Shown: positions 27,390-40,764 of the stretch, piece after piece | Layout of the letters: each line of letters begins with the position of its first letter | Position numbering within the stretch: position 1 is the stretch's first letter | Origin: Eledone cirrhosa | Taxonomy: Eukaryota | DNA length: 64,000 bases | Assembly: GCA_964016885.1 (NCBI GenBank) | Contig: OZ024742.1 | Location: 339,512,001 to 339,576,000 of the forward strand | Direction of reading: 5' to 3' | The notes under the pieces: model-generated | Databases searched by the model: none | Told to the model about the DNA's origin: nothing | What the model saw: only the letters and a program-made list of their open reading frames with translations | Program-made: the position numbers and the translations under genes

Positions 27390-27580
27390 CATGTTTAATA
27401 TAGAAATCGCTTCTACAGGACTAGAACTGTTTTATTCAAAAGAAATAATCATGTTGATTTCTTTTTAATGAAACAATCCTAGTCTTGTAAAAGCCATTTC
27501 TATATTAAACATGATGTTTATACTCTATTAATGTATTGAGTTCCTTACTTACTGTGGTTACCCCCGATTGAACTCGGGAC
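27390..27580 (+). mobile_element. PLE-type fold-back element (family also at 37760-37815 and 39865-39995)
   Basis: Palindrome 27390-27513 plus tail ending ggttacccccgattgaactcggg; GAAAC...GTC half core. Confidence 0.7.
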
Positions 27581-28373
27581 TCTCTCTCTCTCTCTCACAC
27601 ACACACACAAACACACACATACACAAATACACACAGACACACACACACACATATATATATATATAAATGTATGTGTATTGTCTATGTGCTTGCGTGTACG
27701 TGTGTCTGTATGTCAGTGTGTGTATGTTTACATTTGTTTGTTCGACAAAAATGAGATGGATAAAATAAGTACCAGACTTGAAACCCAAAAAAACAAGTAC
27801 TGTGGTCGATATGACCGACTTCATGGCGGTGCCTGAGCATTGGTTGTAGACTAATGACTGAAACCAGTAAAAAGAAGTTTGCCTTTCTACGTATAGTGTT
27901 GTATAGTATTGTATATTATTTAACAATAACATTATTCCGCATTGGAAGGTAATATATTGATGACATTTTGGGGAGCAGTTGAAACAGTTATATGTAATAT
28001 ATTCAACAGACATCCGATCCAATTGACATTTTCGGTCGTACCTCGGGGTTTAAGTGATTCACTATCGCGTTTGTCCATCAGTCAGTTTTATATTTTATAG
28101 CAAGATATGTCTTACTCACATAGATCACAAGCGCAGAAAGTGATGTAGCAGTCACGAGTCCAATAGAAGCCACACACCCTATTTCTCAATATTGGCATCG
28201 TTCTCATGATTAACTTGACAGTTAAAATACCAACACGTAACCTTTTGTTTTTACAAATATCGTTTCTCCTCCCGTAACGTAGATATGTATAATAGGTCTG
28301 GGGGTCGTACAGATCTTGAAAAATTAACTCCCATCTCGCGAAATAATGTTCACCTCGCATTTGAGCCCTCGAT

Positions 28374-28967
28374 TAACCCTCTCGCTACCACCTAATGAAA
28401 GGCACTACTTACGATTTGCAAATACTTTTGAAAATAATCAAGAATTTGTAATAATTTAATAATATAGGCAAATTTATCATCATTCATTTGGTATTTGGAA
28501 GATAGATTAACAAAGAGTTTATGATGGAAAGTTTATAAATATATATCCTTTCGTTACCATATATCATCTAATGAAAGATACTACTTATCATTTTGAAAAC
28601 AATCAAGGATATGGAAGGATTTAGTAATATAACTAATGTTCTCATTATTAAGGTGGTGTTTTGAACATATCAAATTCTCTTACATAAAGTTATACTGGAA
28701 GGTGTAAAATATATATAAACGTTTTAATCCAAACATTTTCCATATCATACTTCTATAAATTTCAATATACTTTTGAAAATAACCACGATTTTAAGTTAGT
28801 AATAAAACTAACTTTCGTATTATTTATCTGGCGTTTTAAATATAGCTTATCAAAGTTTCCTCAATAAAATTATAATGGTCAGCTTTAAGGTAAGTATAAA
28901 CAATTAAAAAGCAAACACCTTTCTATCATAGAAGCGGTTTCAAGCAGTTTGATGATAACAGGGATAA
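28374..28967. mobile_element. Degenerate piggyBac-like MITE with three internal about 180-nt subrepeats
   Basis: Begins ttaaccct; ttttgaaaa(t/c)aa.ca.ga motif recurs at 28426, 28590 and 28771; ends agggataa. Confidence 0.4.
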
Positions 28968-29105
28968 TAGTTTTATTTAACAGGCGTTTGTTTGAGTCAT
29001 ACTATAAGGTAGCATAGAGTGAACTTTAAAGCTTCTTTTCACGTCTGTAAAAATATTTAATTCTTTGTATGGTTCAAACAAGTGTTAGAATCTCGCAGGC
29101 GTTTA

Positions 29106-29319
29106 CGAGGGAGTGCTGAACAGTTCCTGGGTTTGGGTAAAAGAAAATACAGGAGGATCAGTTAATTATGATTTTATTCAACATATTCCCCTCTCAGATT
29201 CACACACTTATTGCAGCGGTCCAGTTTTTCTAAGTCCTATAAAAAGAAATCGGAAGGTTTGACCTCCAACCAGGCCTTCGTCATAACCTTAAAGCCAGGA
29301 ACTTTTCAGCACACCCTCG
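29106..29319. mobile_element. Mariner-type MITE
   Basis: TA target duplication; TIRs cgagggagtgctgaacagttcctgg / ccaggaacttttcagcacaccctcg. Confidence 0.85.
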
Positions 29320-29743
29320 TATATCAACAAATGTTCTCTATAGTTTAGCTAAATATCCAAAATGTTGTGACCACTACTTCTTTCAATTCTTCACAATATG
29401 ACGATTCTTTGTCAAAGGAAATATGTAAGTGAGTTAATGTGTACATATATGTAGGTATATACTTTGATAAACTTGCACATGACTCTGCCACACAGCTTTA
29501 TGATCACTCATTATCTTATATGTATGCAATATGTACGCATGTAAAGATGGGTATATGTTTATATCTATCTATCTATATATATATATATATGTATGTACGT
29601 ATGTATGTATACATGTATATATACATATATATATACATACATACACACATACATACACATATATATAGATACACACACACACATATATATATATTATATA
29701 TATATATATATATGTATGTACGTATGTATGTATGCATGTATCT

Positions 29744-29784
<41 letters not shown>

Positions 29785-29814
29785 CATACACACATATATA
29801 CACACACACATATG

Positions 29815-29861
<47 letters not shown>

Positions 29862-29875
29862 GTATATATATATAG

Positions 29876-29947
29876 AGAGAGTGGGTAATAAGAAAATGTT
29901 TAACCCCGACGGCAGACCTCTGCCGTCGGGGTTAAACATTTTCCTAT
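29876..29947 (-). mobile_element. Family A mini fold-back
   Basis: aaccccgacggcagac/ctctgccgtcggggtt palindrome folded at the helix III loop. Confidence 0.75.
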
Positions 29948-29948
29948 A

Positions 29949-29984
<36 letters not shown>

Positions 29985-29985
<1 letters not shown>

Positions 29986-31195
29986 AAATCAAAAGATGGT
30001 TAAAAGAGTTCCATGTATTTTATTATGCACATTTCAAAAACAAATATCATCATGGGATGATATTTGCGTTCTCATCAGATAAAATTCGGAGACATGATAT
30101 GAAGCTTAAAAAACACTTGCGAGCAGTGAAGTGTTAAATCAACATATGAAAAATAAAATAAGAGGGATATATGACATTGGAAAAAAGGAAAGGAAGTGGG
30201 TAAGAGAAGGTAAGGAAGAGGAAGAAAAAATATAGATAGAAGAAAAAAATATAATAATAAGGAAAGGATGACGGAGGAGGAGTATAAGAAGGAAGGATGA
30301 GAGAGAAGGTGAAAATGAGTGAGAGAGAGAGAGAGAGATAACTTTTAATACTGAGAAACACTGTCACACAGATAAAGAAAAAAAAACAACCGTTGTAAGA
30401 TATTACATAATTTCAAAAATTATGAAATTAAAAGTTAATGAGGTTTATGAATGGTGGTGCTTATGATTAAAGAAAAAGGAATTAAGAATAGTATTTATTT
30501 AAGGTTTATATATTGAAGGGTTTAATAAGATGTGGGAAAAGGAATTTATTAAAATGTATTATTAAAATAAAATATATTAAGAAGATAAGGTGAATGAAGA
30601 TAAGGTTAAATGAATTATGAACTTAGAGGAATTAATTAGGGTCCGAGTTTGTTTCAATATATTATAATTGGAAAAAGTAAATAATAGAGTTACTACGAGC
30701 ATGGAAAGAGAGAAGACAGAAAAAATTCAAGGAAGAAAAAATATATAACGTCAAAAAAAAAAAAATGTTTACAAAATTTCTCTAATGGTAATATTAGTAT
30801 ATATTAAAAATAAAAATTTGTATGGCCGAGAATATAAGGAAAATGCTATAGTGAGTTATAAGATGAATTAAGAAGTAATTGAGAAGTAAAAGTTGCAGAT
30901 TAAAGATTATAAATAAAAAAAAAGGAGAAAATTAGGAGACCGCTAACGACATAGTATGAGTAATATTGTATAATATACTGAAATAAGGTAGAAAGATGGG
31001 TATATTTGTAAAAAATATAAAAGTGTTTGAGAAAAAGATTTTAAACTAATTAGGTAGTAAGATTTTAAACTAATTAGGTAGATATTAGATGTATACTTTA
31101 TGGAAAGTTCTATGGGATTTATGCAAGCAGAGCGAAAATAAATCCGTACGTCTATTTATTATAGAATTAAAATTAGAGATAATGGTAAATGATAT
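29985..31195 (-). mobile_element. 5'-truncated PLE: endonuclease C-terminus, about 1-kb 3' UTR, then HHR
   Basis: Minus translation at about 31100-31180, IINRRTDLFSLCLHKSH, resembles the PLE GIY-YIG C-terminal LNxRxE..S.CxH motif. Confidence 0.5.
30017..30085 (-). ncRNA. Type I HHR with canonical core at the 3' end of a PLE remnant
   Basis: attttat-CTGATGA-gaacgcaaatatcat...atgatatttgttttt-GAAAT-gtgc-ATA-ataaaat; 7-bp helix I. Confidence 0.8.
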
Positions 31196-31214
31196 ATACA
31201 AAAACCTATAAATA

Positions 31215-31341
31215 CAGTCGTCGAAACGGCTTGAGCTCTACCGTCTCGGTTAAACATTTTCCTATTACCCACTCTACTACCCTAAGTATTGACTACTCTG
31301 GTGCGTTATGGTCCATCTGGTTCCTTACCATACTTCCTTCG

Positions 31342-31345
<4 letters not shown>
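31215..31345 (+). mobile_element. Family A 3' fragment with tail
   Basis: gtcgaaacggcttgagctctaccgtc...aagtattgactactctggtgcg. Confidence 0.8.
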
Positions 31346-31394
<49 letters not shown>

Positions 31395-31397
<3 letters not shown>

Positions 31398-31628
31398 AAA
31401 AGAAATCGAATATTGAGATGGAGGGCTTGCGGTTGTCTCGGGACAAACCACAAACCTTCCATCTCAATTTTACTTTTGAAAATCATAAGAACTGTGAAAC
31501 CGGTAAAGGAAATAAATAAATATTCTTAAAAAGACTTCATTTCTTTTCCTTATTCTTTCACCCGTGTAGGGTATCTCACTCTTTTCTTTTGTTTGTTTTT
31601 TTTATAAAAAAAACCTCATTTTCTTTTA
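31395..31628 (+). mobile_element. PLE-type fold-back element with U3:A8 HHR at 31473-31508
   Basis: ctt-TTGAAAA-tca..tgt-GAAAC-cg-GTA-aag; homologous to 15695-15890 and 55180-55337. Confidence 0.7.
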
Positions 31629-31836
31629 TATATATATTATTGAGTAAATATTACATCATGGTTGACTATACGGAATGACCAGATCTATCCAGTGGTGAAC
31701 CAACAAACCTAAATGAATATATATATATATATATATATCCGTCCCACCCTTGCGAGCAGGGAAGAGCGGACGTAAAATGATGATGATGATGATATATACA
31801 TATATATATACATATATAGATATATCAGTATATATA

Positions 31837-32963
31837 TCTGTATGTATATAAAATTAAGTATGTGTGTGTATGTGTCTGTGTATTACCTATAGGGGCCTAC
31901 ATCTTACCACCAATTTTCATAAAACTTTACAGGCCCACAGATTAGTCACCTGGGAGTGTTTTCTATGTATCAGCGTATCGTTTTTGTTTTATTCCGGGCT
32001 CATTCTGCAGATAAAATCGATAGGGGGAGGGGGGTCACCTTTTTTGAGGTATCGAAAAATAAGATTTTTGGCTCTAGCTCCCACATTTTGCCACCGATTT
32101 CGTTCAAATTTTAAAGCAAAATAGAATTTATCATTGCACACCCTGTAATGGCTTTATATTTCGTATTTGTTGTTCAGGGACGGCGGTAGCAGCTGCTTAA
32201 ATATTCAAAAATACCACTTTTAGACTCAAATTTCTACTTTTCGGCTCTAGCTCCCACATTAATCAACCTACTTTGTTCAAATTTATACTACGCTAGATCT
32301 GATTATTTCACGTCTTAAAGTGGCTTTACATTTTGAATTTTTTTGTTCAGGAACGGCGTGGCAGCCGCTTAAATATTCGAAAATACCAACTTTTCGCTCA
32401 AATTTCCGCCTTTTCGGCTCTAGCTACCACATTTTTCAACCGAGATCGTTCAAATTCGAAACTTAGGCTCCACCTCACACATAAATCAGTTTATTTGGTT
32501 CAACTTTTATACTACGATAGAACCTATCATTAGCTTCCGCATTTTTCAACCGATTTCGTTCAAATTCGAAACTTCGGCTCCACCTCACACATAAATCAAT
32601 TTATTTGGTACAACATTTATACTACGATAGAACATATCCTTGCACATCTTATAGATGGTCAAAGGCAAAACGACGGCCACTGACGTCGTCTGAGCTTTTA
32701 GTTGTGTATTTGAGAATTCATCGGTTTCCAATCAAGTAGCGTGAGGAAATTTGGCTTAGTGTTAGATGTCATTACCTCCCTCCCCCAGCATGCGCTCTTC
32801 GTCTGTCACCGGCGTTTCTCAGTGACAGAGGTCATCACCACCCTCCCCCGCATGGCCTGTGTGGCCATAGATGAGTCATCGAGAAGCAGTCGCTAACATC
32901 AACACCTTTTCATCAAAGCAGATATTATTTTACCTACCCAGGCAACGCTGGGTACTGCTGCTA

Positions 32964-32964
<1 letters not shown>
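31837..32964 (+). mobile_element. Non-autonomous Helitron-like element with internal subrepeats
   Basis: 5' TC...tatataaaa then (GT)n; 3' hairpin taccca-ggcaacgc-tgggta then CTAG|T; ggctctagct.ccacatt...ttcaaatt unit recurs about 4 times. Confidence 0.7.
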
Positions 32965-33004
<40 letters not shown>

Positions 33005-33007
<3 letters not shown>

Positions 33008-33412
33008 TGGCTGCCAACTCGTTTTCGAGTACGGCCACTACTTTATATCCATGTAGGAGAACCCCTACCGATGCGCTGGACGAATGTGACTTTTTAGTCC
33101 AGCCAGCGACTTGAAATCTCTGGTACAAACACTACACTTGTGACAATTATTGACACATAGTGCTGAGCCCTTGGTACCATGTGACGACAAGTGCAGAGAG
33201 ATCTCCAGATATAAAGCAATGCCTGTGCTGTGAAGCTTTTATAGTGAGCAAAGGCACTGCACAAAGCCAGTCCCACTCTCTTAACCAAGATGATATTTAC
33301 CAAAAAGAAGAACAAGTCAACATCATTGGATACCATCAGGGTTGCAGGTGTTATATCAGAGTTTTCCTTCTCCTAGAATTCTGCCTTGACAAAGGCTAAG
33401 GGGTCATCTCTC
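33005..33412 (-). mobile_element. Non-autonomous RTE-derived element, 5'-truncated
   Basis: Near-identical to 34013-34620 and 40765-41328; C2H2-like CSVC..FKSL.GLKSH remnant; 3' end abuts (TA)n. Confidence 0.75.
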
Positions 33413-33591
33413 CTATATACAAACAAATATAATTTCAGCGAGATCGCATTTCGGCTGTGGTCAAAAACAAAGCGAAACGCAATTTTCGAGATACACACAT
33501 ACACACACAAATATATACTGGGCGAAACGTACGTAGGTGATATTTTAAATAAACATGTTTTAACGGTCTATTCTCCGATTTTTCACTTTCC

Positions 33592-33649
<58 letters not shown>

Positions 33650-34012
33650 TCATATTTCTGGCGGCTTGTTCAAGCCGTCGTGCAGCCCTGGCTCCTCAAC
33701 AGTATGCTATACCACCCTTATGAACGAAATTGTATTGACCAATAGATAACTATGTCTTCTGTTATTTTCCTTGTGTGCCCAACTTTGATATATATACACC
33801 ACAAGTATTGAGGGCTGTATATATATATATATATCGTGTTAGAACCAGTTTAAAACTAGCTAGACCATTACTCATCAGAGTACTCGATAGTTGGGGTAGT
33901 AGTTCATGGCTATATTATTAAGAGTTGTCACCCGACGGTTGAGCTCAACCCTCAGGTACTCACTCTCTATAATATGTATACATATATATATATACATACA
34001 TATATACATGGT

Positions 34013-34620
34013 GGTGGCTGCCAACTCGTTTTCGAGTACGGCCACTACTTTATATCCATGTAGGAGAACCCCTACCGAAGCGCTGAACGAGTGTGACTTT
34101 TTAGTCCAGCCAGCGACTTGAAACCTCTGGTACAAACACAACACTTGTGACAATTATTGACACATAGTGCTGGGCCCATGGTACCATGTGAGGACAAGTG
34201 CAGAGAGATCTCCAGATATAAAGCAATGCCTGTGCCGTGAAGCTTTTATAGTGAGCAAAGGCACTGCACAAAGCCAGTCCCACTCTCTTAACCAACATGA
34301 TATTTACCAAAAAGAAGAACAAGTCAACATCATTGGATACCATCAGGGTTGCAGGTGTTATATCAGAGTTTTCCTTCTCCTAGAATTCTGCCTTGATAAA
34401 GGCTAAGGGGTCATCTCTCCCGGTGATTTTGGATGGCCATTGACTCTTAAGAGCTCCTTTGCCCTTTGACAGGTTTTGTTTTTAGTCCTGCAGGATGTCC
34501 AAAGTCACCCTCCTCACCAAGAAACCTTGGTGGGGTTGCCAGTTTAGTCGCCAACGACCCGACCATGAGACAGGTTGTACTGGGATACATGTTACCAGTA
34601 GCACCAACTGGTGACCTGAC
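34013..34620 (-). mobile_element. Non-autonomous bipartite RTE-derived element
   Basis: RTE 5'UTR-like ggagaaggaaaactctgatataa joined to a zinc-finger-bearing 3' end. Confidence 0.75.
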
Positions 34621-34663
34621 ATATATACATACATACATACATACATACACTCATATATATATC

Positions 34664-34831
<168 letters not shown>

Positions 34832-34854
34832 CACACACACATATATATATATAT

Positions 34855-35149
<295 letters not shown>

Positions 35150-35829
35150 GAGTGTGTATGTATGTATATATATATGTCCTGAAGGCTGGTGGCTTAGTGG
35201 CTAGAGGAGTGGATTCCCAATCCTGAGGGCGATGCGTTATGTCGTTGAGCAGACACGTTATGTTATGTTGCTCCTTCTACCAGGAGTTGCAGCCGGTAGA
35301 TATTATCAGCAATGGAAACATTGTTTCCTTGGTCCGATTTGACGAGCTTTGTCACAAACAAGGGACAGCAGAGGACACGTACCGTTCCCCTCCGAGAGAT
35401 AACTGCCCCCCCCCCCCCCGAAAAACCCCCAGTTGATGGATGTGAATCCGAAATATAGGGACAATTAAATCTCTCCCAATTAAATCTCGTGTTATTATTT
35501 TTTTTTTTACGCTATTTCCTACGTTCTTCTACACACTATACATCTCATTCTACATTTCCTTACAACATCTCTCTCTTCACCACCGGATTCTGTTACCCGG
35601 AGATTTACCCATCTGCATTGTTGAGGTTTCCAAAACGACCAAAATAAATATATTTTATTATTCCACAATGCTTCAAGCAAACTTCAATACTCCCTTATAT
35701 ATATATATATATTGAAGGTAAACATTGAGGACCGAATAAATTAACTGATATAAAAGATACAGAAGCGAAAACCAACCAAACAGTGAGTGTGTTCTGTTAT
35801 TAATTCTGGCAATGACCCTCCCCAAGTAT

Positions 35830-35886
<57 letters not shown>

Positions 35887-36011
35887 CGTGTGTGTGTGTG
35901 TGTATATATATATATAAATATTTATATACATCCGGTATATAAGGATGCAGTTCACTTCAAGCACTCGACGTCATATTACTTCTTTAAAATCAAGGATGAC
36001 AGAGTATATTT

Positions 36012-37078
36012 ATAAAGAAGAAAATGCGAAGTTGTAGATGTTAAAGTCCTTTATTAATTGAGCCGTTATACATATTTTCATGACGATAGTTATCGTGATC
36101 TCTTCAGACAGCAAAATGGAGGAAAAAGTAACATTTCCGAGGTAATTTTGTGTGGAAGGGAGCGGACTAAAATAATGTATGTTATTGCTTTGGATATCCG
36201 ATAAATATGTTGTTGTATGGAAAATAAGATGTGGTTGTTGCTTTTAGTTCTCTCATTAATTCGGTCAAAAGTTGTTCCATTGTAAATTTCCGTCACCCGT
36301 TAGGGGTGTCCACCTTTATCTCGAACCAAAGCCTAGAGGGGAGATCTGTCGAGTCCCATCCCACCTCATATAGCCATGGAGAACCTGTGAGGTTCACTCG
36401 GCTGCAACGGCACTGACCAAAACACCCGAAGCACTGTGAATACAACTGACTCTTTATAACTCGCCCCCACTCAGATATTTATCACATATTTATTTCTTCA
36501 TTTTCTTTATAATTCCCTTTTTCCCGTTTATTCTTACTCCTTTGTACCTTTTCTTATATTTTTCCTTAAATCTTCATTATCAATGTATTATTTGTCTCTA
36601 CCGGATTGACTGGGATACCAACTATATGATTATCTAATTTTTACATTCAATACTTTAAATATTGCCTTCCATTCTCGATAAGAGGCCAGTTTTTTCCAGT
36701 GGGGAGTCATAACAAATTAATATCCAATCCTGAAGCCAATCTCTAATAAGATTATACATTTTAGCCAGTTAGATATTATTCTTAGTATATTGACCTTCGT
36801 CTAATTTTCTGGACTGGTAGCTAGAGAGAACGAATAAGGTTAGTAGAATTCTTGGAGGTAGTTGAGTGGTCAGTCACCCACACCTCTGCGTCTGCGCAGC
36901 GCTGTCGGGAGGTTCTGAAACTGAGAAGGGACCGGAGATACATTATTTTAGTCCGATCTCTTACCGCCATAATTGCCTCGGAAATGTTACCTTTACTCAA
37001 TGTTGCTGTCTGAAGAGATCACGATAACTAGGCTCAATTAATAAAGGACTCTAACATCTACAACTCCCGCATTTTCCT

Positions 37079-37085
<7 letters not shown>
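36012..37085. mobile_element. PLE-type insertion with inverted ends; degenerate HHR at 36062-36112 (-)
   Basis: 36012-36145 is inverted at 36975-37085; gctgt-CTGAAGA-gatcacgat/atcgtcat-GAAA..ATA-acggc. Confidence 0.65.
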
Positions 37086-37136
<51 letters not shown>

Positions 37137-37286
37137 GCATACACACACACATACACACATACAGACATACATATATATATATAAATCAGGATGGAATCAG
37201 TTTAAAAAGGTTAGACCATTATTCAACAGAGTACTTGATACTTGGGGTAGTAGAGTATGCCTATATTATAAAGAGACGGGATCCGC

Positions 37287-37350
<64 letters not shown>

Positions 37351-37615
37351 AATAAAACTTGGATTTGTAGTTCTTTACCGTTATTATTTGTTCTTTTCTT
37401 ATTAGGTCGAATAAATCCTGGATTCGGGGTTCTTCTCCATTTTTTTTTCCAACTTTCTCTTAAACTCATCTTTCTTCAGCCCATGAAAACTTGGAGAAAA
37501 AGTAGAAAAGGAAAATTTCATAATAGTTCTTTAAGTAACTTTTAACCTATTATTTAGTAAATTACGATATCAAGGCTGCTCCGAATATAGACAGCAGCAG
37601 ATGTATATATATATG

Positions 37616-37733
<118 letters not shown>

Positions 37734-37834
37734 TATATATGTATATATATATTTATATATATTTAATATAGAAATGGCTTTTACTGAGGTTACCCCCGAT
37801 TAAATCCGGGGTAAACTTATATATATATATATAT

Positions 37835-39130
37835 CATAAATCATGTCCTTAGAATTATTAGATAAAATATATACCATTTCCTCTCCCAATTAGCATAATT
37901 AACCATATAAAAAAATCAATTAGACCAAGGCTCCTATGAAGAACTATTTGATAAATAACCGAAAGCGGCCTCTTCGCATTGACCCCAATAGAGTATTTAC
38001 CCAACATTTCAACGGCATGTAGAAACTGACTAAATATACCGTCAACCATACACAATTAGGTGTAAATTTAAACTTAGAAGAAACGTGTACATACCGTAAT
38101 TACATCTCTACCATGGTTTCGTCCGTATTTCTAGATATCCTGCTGTTAAGGATGAACCTAGAGTAACAGACACTTCAGGAGACAAACTCAGTTGGACAGT
38201 TAATTTTCCAAAGCGATCGCGCCAAAAATAGATTTAAAAATGGCTAAGAATCGTGACGTGGCAGTGGTCAAGTTAGAAAGAATGTGATTAGTTGCTTACG
38301 GCGAGTAGGCTGGTATATATTTTATATAAATGGTATATATTTTATCTAATAATTCTAAGGACATGATTTATGATATATTGCTCTGATTATTTCATTTATT
38401 AATTCTTCATTGAGCCACAACGTGACCGGTTGCCACATATATATATGTGACTTTATGTATATGTAAATCTTTATATTTAATAATCTCCCGTTGGGTTGAG
38501 ATGCAATTGGGCGATATTGGGCTGCGCTTTCTAGCAACCAGATTACCCGCCGTAAGCAACTAATCACATTCTTTCTAACTTGACCACTGCCACGTCACGA
38601 TTCTTAGCCATTTTTTAATCTATCGTTGGCGCGATCGCTTTGGAAAATTAACTGTCCAACTGAGTTTATCTCCTGAAGTGTCTGTTACTCTAGGTTCATC
38701 CTTAACAGCAGGATATATAGAAATACGGACGAAACCATGGTAGAGATGTAATTACGGTATGTACACGTTTCTTCTAAGTTTAAATTTACACCTAATTGTG
38801 TATGGTTGACGGTATATTTATTCAGTTTCTACATGCTGTTGAAATGTTGGGTAAATACTCTATCGGGGTCAATGCGAAGAGGCCGCTTTCGGTTATTTAT
38901 CAAATAGTTCTTCATAGGAGCCTTTATTCTTATAGCCTGGTCTAATTGATTTTTTATATGGTTAATTAAGCTAATTGGGAGAGGAAATGGTATATATTTT
39001 ATCTAATAATTCTAAGGACATGATTTATGATATATTGCTCTGATTATTTCATTTATTAATTCTTCATTGAGCCACAACGAGACCAGTTGCCACATATATA
39101 TATGTGACTTTATGTATATGTAAATCTTTA
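37835..39130 (+). mobile_element. PLE/retrozyme-like element: 660-nt tandem unit preceded by an about 480-nt inverted copy
   Basis: 38329-38470 repeats at 38989-39130; 37835-38305 is inverted at 38547-39035. Confidence 0.85.
38668..38747 (+). ncRNA. Type I HHR with A9U core variant (mirror copy 38104-38183, minus strand)
   Basis: atctc-CTGAAGT-gtctgt...acggac-GAAAC-catg-GTA-gagat. Confidence 0.75.
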
Positions 39131-39149
39131 TATATATATATATGTAAAT

Positions 39150-39212
<63 letters not shown>

Positions 39213-39559
39213 CGTGTGCGTGCGCGTGTGTGTGTCTGTCTGTCTGTGTGTTATGTATGTGTATGTGTGTGTTTGTATGCACGTGTGTGTGTGATAATTG
39301 AAATTAATAATATTTTAGTATAAAGTGATTGATTTTGGTAGTTAATTAATTTCTATCACATTTGCTGCCTTGGTTGTTGTTATCAACTATTGCTGCTATA
39401 AATACCAGCCTCAATCTTGAACAACCAATCAAATTTGGTCGTTTCCTATACTGTTATATAATGTAATTATACACATTGAAACAAAAAAATTCTTAACAAG
39501 AACTGAACCTTATAGAATCATATTCCTGTTGTCACTGCCCCCGTCTCTCTTGCTTTCCC

Positions 39560-39700
39560 CATCTCCCACAAATTTAAGCAAATGGTGGCGCATGCGCTGA
39601 CCACCCAGCGGCTCCGACGTACAGAACAGAGCAAAAAAGTCAACGAAAAGAAAAAAGAAACGCGGTATATAAAGAAAAAATGACAACCATGCCATAACTA
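39560..39700 (+). promoter_or_regulatory. Promoter-like unique island
   Basis: GCGCATGCGC (NRF1-type) at 39588, CpG-rich, TATATAAAG at 39666. Confidence 0.3.
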
Positions 39701-39990
39701 AAACAGTGGACGAGAGTCGAAGATGTATATTGACAGGGTATAGAGAAACAAATTATAGATACCAATACTATTTTTATGCCCCAGCCTAAGAAAATAGTGA
39801 ATAGGTAACTGCAGAAGTAATGGCCCCAATGGAGAGGAAAACAAATCCCTTGTATATATATATAGGTAAGTTATTCCGGGTTGAATCGGAGGTAACCACA
39901 GTAAGTAAGGTACTCAATACATACCAGAGTACAAAAGTGATTTCTAAAGAATGAAACAGTTCTAGTCCTGTAGAATCTCATCTATATTAA

Positions 39991-40032
<42 letters not shown>

Positions 40033-40133
40033 TTTCCCATATCTTACGTTAATTATTTCCCATTTTGACGTTATAGTCAATATATATTATGAAATACTGT
40101 TGGCTTCTTGCTCACATTAATTTCTCTATTTTC

Positions 40134-40244
<111 letters not shown>

Positions 40245-40300
40245 TGTGTCTATGTGTCGGTGTGTTTATGTATGTGTGTGAATATATATGTATATATATA

Positions 40301-40502
40301 TAGGAAAATATATGACCCCGACGGCAGAGCTCAAGCGTTTCGACAGCTATTTCTGGACTTCATCGTCCAGAAATAGCTGTCTAAACGCTTGAGCTCTGCC
40401 GTCGGGGTCATACATTTTCCTATTGCCCACTCTACTACTCTAAGTATTGAGTACTCTGGTGCATTATGGTACATATGGTTCCTTGCCACAACTCCTTCGT
40501 TA
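40301..40502 (+). mobile_element. Family A fold-back element with the longest central hairpin
   Basis: gacagctatttctggac-ttcatc-gtccagaaatagctgtc centre plus tail. Confidence 0.85.
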
Positions 40503-40576
<74 letters not shown>

Positions 40577-40733
40577 GTGTATATATATGTGTGTATGTAT
40601 ACGCTTGTATGTATATATTTCTGTATATGTGTGTGTATATGCGTGTACGTATGTGTATATATATATGTATACATGCGTATCTATGCACTCATATATGTGT
40701 ATGTGTCCATATATATATACATATATACATACA

Positions 40734-40764
<31 letters not shown>

